In this document: positions 48,753-57,969 of the stretch, piece by piece
Numbering within the stretch: position 1 is the first letter of the stretch
How the letters are laid out: each line of letters opens with the position of its first letter
DNA from: an uncultured virus (IMG/VR IMGVR_UViG_3300013119_000619)
Lineage: Duplodnaviria; Heunggongvirae; Uroviricota; Caudoviricetes
Reading direction: 5' to 3' (one strand)
Virus record (IMG/VR): IMGVR_UViG_3300013119_000619
Length of the DNA stretch: 64,000 bases
Notes under the pieces: model-generated
Databases searched by the model: none
Seen by the model: the letters and a program-made list of their open reading frames with translations, nothing else
What the model was told of the DNA's origin: nothing
Program-made: the position numbers and the translations under genes

Positions 48753-50897
48753 ATGGCTAGAAAAACACTCGGTAAAATGGAGTTCGCAGAATTAATTGAC
48801 AGTTTGAAAGAACAAAATCAAGGTCAATTAGAGGCTCAACAAGAAACGACAAAAAGCATCAGAAATCTCACTGCATACTTTCTTAAACAAGATAGAGCAG
48901 AAGCAAGAAGAAGTCTTGAAGATCTTGAAGATGCAATGGAAACGAGAAAAGATGCTGAACAAGTTGGAACATCAAAAGGTAAAGGTATTATAGATGCAGA
49001 AAGTGCTTTGAGTGATAAAGGTCTTAATCTAGTAGAGGCTCAACAACAAACAACAAAAAGCATACAAGATCTTCAAGCATATTTTTTTAAACAAGATAGA
49101 ACAGAAGCAAGAAGAAGACTTGAAGATAAAATGGAAGAAGAAAAGTTGGCAGTACAAGTTAGTAGAGATGGTTCAAAAAAAGAAAAAGGATTCAAAGAAG
49201 GAAAAGGAAAAGGTTTACTAGGCGCATTTAGCAACTTTCTTACTACTGGTTTATTGGGAACTGCTGGTGCAGGACTTTTTAAAACTGCAATGAGTGCTAT
49301 AAGATTTAAGCCTGGTTTTGGTATGAAACTCGGTAAACTTTTTACAGGTGCTTTAATTTTACCTAGTCTTTGGGAGTCAATTAGTAAAGGTATTGACGAA
49401 TATGGAAAAAGTGGTGATCTAAGTGACTCCTTAGCAAAGGCAGCCACAACATTTTTCAAAGACGATCCTGTAACAAGTGCAGGATTAGGAGCATTAGCAG
49501 GTTTTACTTTTGCAGGACCTAAAGGTGCCATAGCAGGGGCAATATTAGGTGGAGCAGTAAGTGCATTAGTTGCAGGTATTGGTAGAGAAGGTACTGAAAA
49601 TCTTATAAGCAGTATTGGAGACTTCTTTACAGGACCTGCTGGTATGGGGGCACTTGTTGGAATTTATGGTGGTAAAGCATTAATGAAACAGAAAATTGTG
49701 AAAGGTAAAGGTTTAAGACTGTTTGGTATGAGAGGTATGAGGGTTGGTTTAGCCGCTTTGATTATTGGACCTGTATTAGGAGCAATCGAAAAAGGTATGA
49801 AACCATCCGGAGATGATGTTGGCATATCGAGTAAAATAAGCAAGTTTTTATTTTCAACAGATCAAGGTGGAATATCAACTGCTGATGCCGCCTTAACTGG
49901 ATTAGGTTTGGCGGCACTTGGACCGTTTGGTATACCTGGTATGATTGCAGGTGCAGTTTTAGGACTTGCATATAAGGCAGTTGACGATGGCATGAGAAGT
50001 AAAACTGCTGGTGCAGGTATTATGGATGTGACATCTGATGCAGTAGGTTCTTTTTTTAGAAAACTAGATTTAGGTATTGCCGCCTTTTTTGGTGATGATA
50101 GAGCAGACGAAATTCTTGAGAATATGGCTCTTAAAGAATCGAGAATGGATTTTGGTGAATCATTATTGAAAATAGGTCAACACGGAGATAAAGGATCAAT
50201 AGGTGACCTCTTTCAACAATTCAGAAAAGATAACAAATTATCATATGATTCTTCAAGTGATAAAAGTGTAGATGAACAAACCCATGAAGCATTTCTAAAA
50301 TTTTTATCTGGTTCACAAGTAGCAAGAGATAAAGGAATATTAAAAACTGATGCCACAGGCAAATCAAGTTTAGATCTTGGAAGTTTACAAGGTGCCGATC
50401 TACAAGAAACACAAGCATTACTAAAAAGTTTTATAGGTGCATTTGCTAAAGAGCAAGGAGTTGAAGTAGGTGGAACAGAGACAAGAGGATATGGTAAAAC
50501 TAGATTTATGTCAGGATTTCAACCTTTGATATCTGGTATAGGCAGAACGGTAAGAAATGAAACAGAAGCCAAAAAAGAATTGGAAGCAAAAGGTGTTGTA
50601 GCAAATGCAAGAGGTGCCCAAGTATATCGTAAACCTACACTTGCTCTTGTAGCAGAAAAACCAGGTACCGCAGAATATATTATGAGTGATAGAAATCTTG
50701 CAAGATTAGCAGATACTATTGCAACTCAAAGAGAAAATCAAACAATGTCTTCTATGATTCCTATTATGATGGGACAAGGTGGTGGAGGAACATCTATGCC
50801 AGTTATCAATAACTCATACTCATATCAAAACACGGAAAATACCGTGAGAGAAATGCCTACCACCAGTTCTCTAAACATGATGACGGCACTGGCATAG
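48753..50897 (+). CDS. Tape measure protein (gp29 position)
   Basis: N-terminal coiled coil, long Gly/Ala-rich amphipathic/glycine-zipper region, C-terminal ARG..V.RKPTLALVAE.PG.AE motif; follows gp26/gp51. Confidence 0.75.
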   Translation: MARKTLGKMEFAELIDSLKEQNQGQLEAQQETTKSIRNLTAYFLKQDRAEARRSLEDLEDAMETRKDAEQVGTSKGKGIIDAESALSDKGLNLVEAQQQTTKSIQDLQAYFFKQDRTEARRRLEDKMEEEKLAVQVSRDGSKKEKGFKEGKGKGLLGAFSNFLTTGLLGTAGAGLFKTAMSAIRFKPGFGMKLGKLFTGALILPSLWESISKGIDEYGKSGDLSDSLAKAATTFFKDDPVTSAGLGALAGFTFAGPKGAIAGAILGGAVSALVAGIGREGTENLISSIGDFFTGPAGMGALVGIYGGKALMKQKIVKGKGLRLFGMRGMRVGLAALIIGPVLGAIEKGMKPSGDDVGISSKISKFLFSTDQGGISTADAALTGLGLAALGPFGIPGMIAGAVLGLAYKAVDDGMRSKTAGAGIMDVTSDAVGSFFRKLDLGIAAFFGDDRADEILENMALKESRMDFGESLLKIGQHGDKGSIGDLFQQFRKDNKLSYDSSSDKSVDEQTHEAFLKFLSGSQVARDKGILKTDATGKSSLDLGSLQGADLQETQALLKSFIGAFAKEQGVEVGGTETRGYGKTRFMSGFQPLISGIGRTVRNETEAKKELEAKGVVANARGAQVYRKPTLALVAEKPGTAEYIMSDRNLARLADTIATQRENQTMSSMIPIMMGQGGGGTSMPVINNSYSYQNTENTVREMPTTSSLNMMTALA
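48831..49127 (+). repeat. Diverged internal duplication (204-bp period) in tape measure N-terminus
   Basis: EAQQETTKSIRNLTAYFLKQDRAEARRSLED vs EAQQQTTKSIQDLQAYFFKQDRTEARRRLED. Confidence 0.9.
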
Positions 50898-50910
50898 ATG
50901 TTTTTATAGA

Positions 50911-51804
50911 TTACTCGTTGGCTAGTTTAGCAAAGTATGACATCTCTTCGTCTTCTTCACCAGTAGTTTCACCAGTATAATCCTCAGCCGTAGTTGGCTT
51001 CTGAGTTGGTGCAGTAGATGGCTCAGCAGTTTTATACATTTGAGACACCTTTGGAGAATCAAGACCAAGAACGGTATTCATACGTTCTTGGAGTTCCTCA
51101 AACGGTTTGAAATTTGATGCATCTGTAAACTCATTCAACTTATATTGAGTCTTCCAAATTCTTTCGAGTTCGGCCTCGTCCTCTACAAGTTGTGAAGGCT
51201 TCTCAAACTCACTCTTATCATAATTTTGAAATCCTTCAACTTTACGTATCTTCAACTTGAAGTTTGCACCCTCCCAGAAATCGAATGGATTTACTGGAGT
51301 TTCATCTTCAAACTCTGGATTCATCAGATCGTTAATCTTATCAAAGATTTTCTTACCATATTTGTAGAGAAAAACTTTACCTTCATTTTGAGGATTTTTC
51401 GGATCACTCACAACATAGATGTTAGAGAAGTATGTCAATCTTCTCTTTTGCTTACGAGCAATTTCTTTGTTGGCCTCAATACCAGAATTCCAAAGAGTTC
51501 GATTGTAATCTGAAACAGGATCTTTCTTACCAAGAGTAGTCAAAGAGTTTTCAATATACCATTGTCCTGTTGGACCTTGAAAACCATGATTGAATACTCT
51601 CGCCCAAGGAACATCTTCACCGTCACATGGAGGAAGGAAACGAATGACGGCATAACCATTGCCAGATTTATCTACTTCTGCTTTCCAGATACGATCATCT
51701 GTGTAATTTTTTGTTTCTGTTTCGGGATTGTTTACTTTGCTGATTTCTTCATTTAACTTTTGCATGAAATCATTGCGGGACTTTTTTAGTTTTGCAAACG
51801 ACAT
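50911..51804 (-). CDS. gp32: Single-stranded DNA-binding protein (T4 gp32-like)
   Basis: DKSGNGYAVIRFLP, WYIENSLTT, NPFDFWEGANFKLKIR, NYDKSEF, acidic tail SYFAKLA. Confidence 0.98.
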   Translation of the reverse strand: MSFAKLKKSRNDFMQKLNEEISKVNNPETETKNYTDDRIWKAEVDKSGNGYAVIRFLPPCDGEDVPWARVFNHGFQGPTGQWYIENSLTTLGKKDPVSDYNRTLWNSGIEANKEIARKQKRRLTYFSNIYVVSDPKNPQNEGKVFLYKYGKKIFDKINDLMNPEFEDETPVNPFDFWEGANFKLKIRKVEGFQNYDKSEFEKPSQLVEDEAELERIWKTQYKLNEFTDASNFKPFEELQERMNTVLGLDSPKVSQMYKTAEPSTAPTQKPTTAEDYTGETTGEEDEEMSYFAKLANE

Positions 51805-51850
51805 ATTACTCCTTATTTCGTTATATTAAAATATTAAGTTAATAGACAAT

Positions 51851-51879
51851 AGTATAACACGATTGTTATAAAATGTCAA
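51851..51879 (-). promoter_or_regulatory. Sigma70-type promoter for gp32
   Basis: TTGACA (51874-51879) - 17 nt - TATACT (51851-51856) with extended -10 TG. Confidence 0.8.
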
Positions 51880-52468
51880 GTTTCTTCCGAAGTATATCAC
51901 GGAATTTCGTCTTATCCACCTCCAAGAATGGAGAATACTTTTGCACTTTTTTGAGATAATCGGGCCAGATTATTTTTTCTGAAATCCTTTTATTCCATTT
52001 CGGCACAAAATTAACAACATCATTAAGTATGATAAAAGTCTCAATCATAATATATTTAGCAATACCCATTTTCAGTAAAATGGGATGCTGGCCATTTTCA
52101 ACTTTAAACAAATCATCAAAATGATGTTCATTCAAAAGTTTATCAATATCATTATTGAACATATATGACAAACTTTGAATTCTTTTTCGCCAATCTTTAT
52201 ATAAAAGTTCGGCCTGTTCTGTTAATGCATCTTCAATGTAGAAAGTTTCACTATCTACAAAATTTGCCACAAAAAACTTTGTGATTTCATCATCACTATA
52301 ATTTCTTGCCAATTTATTGAAAAAATATTGATCTTTTCTTTTTGAAAATGTTACTTTGGAAGTACGAGTTCTTCCTGAATATTTGAAATAATCGTATGTA
52401 GGATACTGAAAATGTTTTTTAATTGCGACATATTCTTTGTAACATTCGTAAGGTTCCACTTTGATCAT
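51866..52468 (-). CDS. gp59: Helicase loader (T4 gp59-like)
   Basis: Y.AIKKHF...YDYFKY.G, F.KRKD.YFF.KL, GQHPILL, KYSPFL. Confidence 0.93.
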   Translation of the reverse strand: MIKVEPYECYKEYVAIKKHFQYPTYDYFKYSGRTRTSKVTFSKRKDQYFFNKLARNYSDDEITKFFVANFVDSETFYIEDALTEQAELLYKDWRKRIQSLSYMFNNDIDKLLNEHHFDDLFKVENGQHPILLKMGIAKYIMIETFIILNDVVNFVPKWNKRISEKIIWPDYLKKVQKYSPFLEVDKTKFRDILRKKLDIL

Positions 52469-52689
52469 AGTCCAGGTATGCGAGTTGGTTTAGGAAAAAA
52501 ATGCAATTCTTCGGCTTCTTCTCTTACTTTTTGCTTTAAAGCACCTTGAACAAGTTTACCAATCGTTTCTAATTCTATATTATTTTGTTCACAATAATAT
52601 TGAATAGCATCCATATAGGTCATATTTTTTGACCTTCTTATATGCTCAATTGTTATTATGAAATCTTGAGGTGATAGTATTTTAAGCAT
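52465..52689 (-). CDS. gp33: Late promoter transcription co-activator (T4 gp33-like)
   Basis: YMDAIQYYCEQNNIELETIGKL..ALKQKV.EEA; canonical 33-59-32 order. Confidence 0.9.
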   Translation of the reverse strand: MLKILSPQDFIITIEHIRRSKNMTYMDAIQYYCEQNNIELETIGKLVQGALKQKVREEAEELHFFPKPTRIPGL

Positions 52690-55600
52690 TTAATTTTTTG
52701 ATTATATTATCGATTGAATGTTTGACCATATCTGGCGTAATACTTTTTGTGCATATAAAATCGTTATTGTCAGGACACCAATCCCATTTACCAGGATCAA
52801 ATTTATGTCTATTATAACAACTATTACATACATCGTTATTGTGTACTCGTTCACACTCAATATCAAATTCGGAATAGGGCTCGCTAAATCCTGAAATCAA
52901 TACAACAGGTTTTTCTAATGCCCAAGCAAGCCAAGACAGTCCAGATCCAAGACCCATAAAAAATTCGCATCCGTTTATAGTTGCTATTGTCTGATCTAAT
53001 GTTCTTTCGTGTCTATTAATTACACCTTCAGGAGCAGAATTCATAAAATTACCTGCTCCAAACATTTGATGTTTATCAACGCATACGACATCATAATTTT
53101 TTTCTTTAAGATATTTAATTATTTCATCCCACCCTCCTTCATAGTTCCAGTATTTTGCTTGTGCCGTAGATTGCATTCCTATGCACACATATGGATTTTG
53201 TAAATCTGCTTCTAATTCATTAACCATTATTTTAGCACGTTCTTCCTTATAGTCAAGTCCTAGAATTGAAGAACTTACTTTTTGTAACGGGATCTTTTTC
53301 GTGTCCTCAGGACATTTGCTCATGTCATCTGTAAGCCAACCAATCCAATATTTGTATGTAAATTTACCACTATTCAAGAATGTATTGTGTTCATCAATAA
53401 ATTCTATATTAGGATACTTGTCTCTAAACAGATGATTAAAAAACGTGAAACAATAAACCTTGCACTTGTGTTTTTGCTGAAATTGATTTACTGAACCAAC
53501 CCATGCTAAATTATCCCCCAAAGCACCAGAATCAAAATAAATATAAACAGATTCATTATTCAAATTCATCTTGTGATCTTTAACAATTGGTCCATCCTTT
53601 TCTTTAACTATAATGTGCCATTGCATGAAATATTGAATATTTGATCCACACCAATTATTATTTCCTATCACATTTGAATATACTGTACCACCATTTTCTA
53701 AATTTTTAAATGTGACATCATATTGTTTTTCAGTATTGCCCAGTATTTCTACAATTGGGTTTGGATCAAATTTAATATTGATTTGATTTTGTTCAACGAT
53801 TGATTCCTTTTTCTGAAAGTCAGTATTGTTATAAGCAAATATCAATCGATCTTTCATCGATCTTGGTTTGCTCGATTTCAAATCTCTTGCCTCGTAATAA
53901 TATTTTTCAAGTGGTTTAAATATATTAACCCAATCTCTTTCTACTGCAAATGCTCTTGCTTTCTTAGAATAGTCATCATAGTCGTTAATGATATTTCTTA
54001 TACCCTCGACAATTGTATCAACTTCTCTTGTACACTCCACCAAACCAGGAATTTCTACCTTATCTTGCATAGTTCCTACGCATGGTAAACCACATGCCAT
54101 TGCTTCAAGTACCGCTAGACACGGTTGTCCAGTCTCAATAGATGAAGGATGAACAATAATATCATGTTCATTTAAGATTTTCCTCAGTTCATTTTTATCT
54201 ACATTTCCTGCCTGTACAATTTCAATATCTTTTTTACAACTGTTTAACACCTTGTAAAAAATATCATTATAATTTTCATGTATGCTATCTGGACCAACTA
54301 TTGTAATAGGCATATTCAATTTGTGTGCCGCCTGAATAGCAAAATGAAAACCTTTACGATCATCCCCACCGCCTACACAAACAAGTCTGGGTTTATCTTT
54401 TCTATTGTTAGTTGGAAAAAAGAAATTAGAATCGACGCCATGATCTAATTTTCTCAATTTTTCAGGAGTGTCATAATATGGTATTAAATGATCACAAGGA
54501 ATTAATGAAAATAATGAATTTTTTATTGATTTGTTATTGACACGATAATACCATGATTCCTTTCCATTAATCCAAGGATGCACATCATGAGTTGTAAAGA
54601 TGTAAGGTATGCACCTATCTACTACTAAATCTGCAAAACCCCCAGTATGTACATGAAACACATCATATTCATCAAGATCTGCTTGTGTAATATCATCTAA
54701 CCATTTTAATGATACATCATGTCCATAATGTTCTGTCATTCTTATATAATGATAAATTACTTCTTCTAGTCCACCATATTTCTTAGGTGGTATGTCAAGA
54801 CCACACCCCACATGCACTTGCATAATTTTTAAGTTATCAGTTTTCTCAACCTTATTTTCTATTTTTTCGATCTTAAAATCTTCTTTTATTTCTATTTTTG
54901 TCTCTTCGAAATTCTTTAAAGAAACAATATGATATCGATTCATTTGCTCAAAGAAATTGAACTGATATCCGTTTCCTAAAATAACATCATATATCGATTG
55001 AATATTATCAACACCAGTTCTCAAATTATAATGTAAATTTTTATTCTCACAAAAGAATACTATCTCATAGTTTTGAGCATTACTGTTTTTTATTTGTTGA
55101 ATTTTATTGTTGACAAAGGCCGGTTCAGTCTCTAATTGAATTTTAAAAAAATAATAGTCGACCGATTGATCAAAAAAATCAAACCTTATATCATGATCAA
55201 AAAATAATTTTCTCGATTTGTCTTTTTGATTATCTGTATAATCATAATTCACAAATGATAGTGTTTGTATTTTATCGGCCCAATTTAGAGAAGTTGTATA
55301 TGTTGACTCTGCAAGTTCATAAATATCATCAAAATATTTGATATTACGGGGATATTCTAAAACAAATTCTTTTCTACGTTTTCTAGCATCTATTGCAAGT
55401 TGTGCCTCACCTCTTTGATTCCATCTCGTAAAATTTTCAGATGCACCATGCTCTCTGGCAATGTATAGTGTTCTAGGGATTGTCATCCATTTTCCACGTT
55501 CTTCAAGCATCAACAACCACTGTCCATCATTTGAAGAACAGGCATCACTGTCTTGATGTTCAGGAAATTCAAGCCCTGGTAGATTTCTAAAAATTCTTAA

Positions 55601-56905
55601 ATATCCAAATATACTACTTCTACAATGCCATAACTTTTCAAAACCTTCTAAAAACGAATCGTTATCAGTAGACATATAGACATTATCTTTATAATTTTCA
55701 AATGTCTGTTTTGGACCAACAGGCAATTTTTCAGAATATTTGTTTGCATTAAAGTGCATTAAAACTACTTCTGGAAAAATTTTGAAATAATAGTTTATCT
55801 TTTCAAAGCAATTAGGTAGCAATTTATCATCAGCATCTAAATGACAAACGATATCACCAGTTGCAAATTTTTGTGGGTTCCACCACATCTGTTTTTTGTG
55901 CTTTGGAAATGCTACTCTTATTCTTGGATCACGATTTTGTAACTCCAACAATTTTTGAAATGTATTATCATCAGAAAAATCATCTCCAATAACCCATTCC
56001 CAATTATCATAATTTTGATGTATTACAGTTTCGGCTAATTCATCTATAAACTTTTCAGCATTAAAACATGAAGTAATAAGCGAAAGTTTTAGGCCCTTAC
56101 TTTTGGTTTCGTGTTTCGGTTTTATAAGATTATATTTTTTCTCTACTTCTATTTCATGTTTAACTTCATCAAATTCCCACTGCACAGGTTCAACCCAATC
56201 ACCACGAGATGCGGCTGATCTTTCATAGAACCAATCATGATTATAACTATAAATCTTTGGAAAATTATCTTTATATTTTTCTTTCAATCTATCTGTACCT
56301 GCATATTCATTATCTCTGAACCCTTCACCTTTGATCTGTAAATCAAGAAGAAATTCACGCTTCCACAAAGTTGGTTGATGACTGACTAACCAATCATTTT
56401 CGGGACCCCACTGAATAAGTCTTTTATTCCTAATGTATATGTCTGTTTCACGTTTAGGTACAACATGATCAAGTCTTATAACTCTATGCAATTTTAAAGC
56501 ATCAACATCATAAGAATAACAAAAACTAGCAAGATCTGAAAACATTTCTTTATCAATTTTAAATTTAGGCCATTGATCTTCTTGCATGTAAAAAATGTAA
56601 TCGGTATCAACATTCTCTAACATGTATATAAGTCTATCACTCCAACCTTCATCTATTTGTTTGGGCTTTCCATACCAGTCAGGTATCCATTCTCGTTCTT
56701 CAACTCCCCAATATTGCTTGCTTTTACCTGTCTTCAATTGTTTTATTCGATCATCTCGATATGGAAAATCTTTTTCTTCATTACAGAAATATATCTGCCA
56801 ATCTAAATCAAAGTCCCAAAACCTATTGAACATAACATACCAACCTTCCCAAAAATGAGAATAGTTATCACAGGTTTGAACTAATACGCTTACTTTAGGT
56901 TTCAT
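52682..56905 (-). CDS. Four-domain glycosyltransferase: GT-A-like + GT2 + GT4 + TibC/Aah-like protein O-heptosyltransferase
   Basis: GT2: SLITSCFN...DDFSDD...HLDADD. GT4: PPKKYGGLE...ETGQPCLAVLEAMACGLP. C-terminal: ALGDNLAW, QSTAQAKYWN..GW, FMGLGSGLSWLAWA...VVLISGFS, CNSC...WC...C. Confidence 0.85.
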   Translation of the reverse strand: MKPKVSVLVQTCDNYSHFWEGWYVMFNRFWDFDLDWQIYFCNEEKDFPYRDDRIKQLKTGKSKQYWGVEEREWIPDWYGKPKQIDEGWSDRLIYMLENVDTDYIFYMQEDQWPKFKIDKEMFSDLASFCYSYDVDALKLHRVIRLDHVVPKRETDIYIRNKRLIQWGPENDWLVSHQPTLWKREFLLDLQIKGEGFRDNEYAGTDRLKEKYKDNFPKIYSYNHDWFYERSAASRGDWVEPVQWEFDEVKHEIEVEKKYNLIKPKHETKSKGLKLSLITSCFNAEKFIDELAETVIHQNYDNWEWVIGDDFSDDNTFQKLLELQNRDPRIRVAFPKHKKQMWWNPQKFATGDIVCHLDADDKLLPNCFEKINYYFKIFPEVVLMHFNANKYSEKLPVGPKQTFENYKDNVYMSTDNDSFLEGFEKLWHCRSSIFGYLRIFRNLPGLEFPEHQDSDACSSNDGQWLLMLEERGKWMTIPRTLYIAREHGASENFTRWNQRGEAQLAIDARKRRKEFVLEYPRNIKYFDDIYELAESTYTTSLNWADKIQTLSFVNYDYTDNQKDKSRKLFFDHDIRFDFFDQSVDYYFFKIQLETEPAFVNNKIQQIKNSNAQNYEIVFFCENKNLHYNLRTGVDNIQSIYDVILGNGYQFNFFEQMNRYHIVSLKNFEETKIEIKEDFKIEKIENKVEKTDNLKIMQVHVGCGLDIPPKKYGGLEEVIYHYIRMTEHYGHDVSLKWLDDITQADLDEYDVFHVHTGGFADLVVDRCIPYIFTTHDVHPWINGKESWYYRVNNKSIKNSLFSLIPCDHLIPYYDTPEKLRKLDHGVDSNFFFPTNNRKDKPRLVCVGGGDDRKGFHFAIQAAHKLNMPITIVGPDSIHENYNDIFYKVLNSCKKDIEIVQAGNVDKNELRKILNEHDIIVHPSSIETGQPCLAVLEAMACGLPCVGTMQDKVEIPGLVECTREVDTIVEGIRNIINDYDDYSKKARAFAVERDWVNIFKPLEKYYYEARDLKSSKPRSMKDRLIFAYNNTDFQKKESIVEQNQINIKFDPNPIVEILGNTEKQYDVTFKNLENGGTVYSNVIGNNNWCGSNIQYFMQWHIIVKEKDGPIVKDHKMNLNNESVYIYFDSGALGDNLAWVGSVNQFQQKHKCKVYCFTFFNHLFRDKYPNIEFIDEHNTFLNSGKFTYKYWIGWLTDDMSKCPEDTKKIPLQKVSSSILGLDYKEERAKIMVNELEADLQNPYVCIGMQSTAQAKYWNYEGGWDEIIKYLKEKNYDVVCVDKHQMFGAGNFMNSAPEGVINRHERTLDQTIATINGCEFFMGLGSGLSWLAWALEKPVVLISGFSEPYSEFDIECERVHNNDVCNSCYNRHKFDPGKWDWCPDNNDFICTKSITPDMVKHSIDNIIKKLNA

Positions 56906-57969
56906 GAATTCTTAAAATAAAGGGAGTTGCAAATTTTCAATCGTGTCTTAATTGACTGATCAAATAAATCATATGTTCTAAAAAGTTTATCATCACAATA
57001 TACTTCGATTATAGAATCTCCATATAATTGTAAAAGATGATAATGATATTTACCAGCATTAAATTCAAAAAAAGGTTTTTCTTGTTTGTTTATGAAAACT
57101 TGAAATTTTGTTTCTTTATGGGGGTTCATTAAAAAAAGAAAATTAGGTGCAGGTTCTGCTGGAGAGTTAACAACTTTTTCCGATAACGTCAATGCGACCC
57201 ACGAAAAATCTTGATGTGTATGCACTCTATCTTGAATCATACCTATACGTTCAAGATTATCTACAAAAGGTAAAAGTTCTACATTTCTATTTCTATCATC
57301 ACCATTATATGCGGTCAAGCCAAAGGCATATGCAAAAAATTCTTCACCAACTAAAAAACTATATTCATTTAAAATATTTTTTTGATCCTGAACATTTTTT
57401 AATTTTTCAAATCTTTCTAAAAGATAATCGACCCTAGCAGATATAAAACGTGTAGTTGTTTGCATCTTGGTTGTCACAGATGTATCATATCCTCTACCAT
57501 CGTCAACAGTTTTTTCATTTTGCCAATAATAAAATACACCATCTAAACCGTTATCTATTTTATTCTCATTAATAATTAATTCATCTGGTTTTTCTAACAA
57601 ACCATCATAATCAAACAAATGTATTTTTGATTTACCTAATAATTTTGCATAAGCCGTACCGATATGCATTAATCTGTAAACTGCTAAGACTGTATTATAT
57701 GTACAAAATTCCTTTGAAGTGATATCGTAATTCGGTGCATACCATGTCATCCAACCAAGATACTCTACATCCGTCAAAACAATATTGTCTTTGTCATAAA
57801 CAAAATAATCAACTTCTTCTTGAAATTCTTTTGTCGCTTGGGTATGAGATGTTACAATTACCTCATAACCAAACGACTTTATTTTTCTAACAAATTCAAG
57901 ACAGACATTAATTCTTTCTTCATCACTTAAATGTGCATGAATACATACTATCGAATCTTCACAACTCAT
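56902..57969 (-). CDS. Hypothetical protein, possible GT-A glycosyltransferase
   Basis: In GT operon; Rossmann-like N-terminus (IVCIHAH, VIVTSH) and HLFDYD DxD-like motif. Confidence 0.55.
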   Translation of the reverse strand: MSCEDSIVCIHAHLSDEERINVCLEFVRKIKSFGYEVIVTSHTQATKEFQEEVDYFVYDKDNIVLTDVEYLGWMTWYAPNYDITSKEFCTYNTVLAVYRLMHIGTAYAKLLGKSKIHLFDYDGLLEKPDELIINENKIDNGLDGVFYYWQNEKTVDDGRGYDTSVTTKMQTTTRFISARVDYLLERFEKLKNVQDQKNILNEYSFLVGEEFFAYAFGLTAYNGDDRNRNVELLPFVDNLERIGMIQDRVHTHQDFSWVALTLSEKVVNSPAEPAPNFLFLMNPHKETKFQVFINKQEKPFFEFNAGKYHYHLLQLYGDSIIEVYCDDKLFRTYDLFDQSIKTRLKICNSLYFKNS

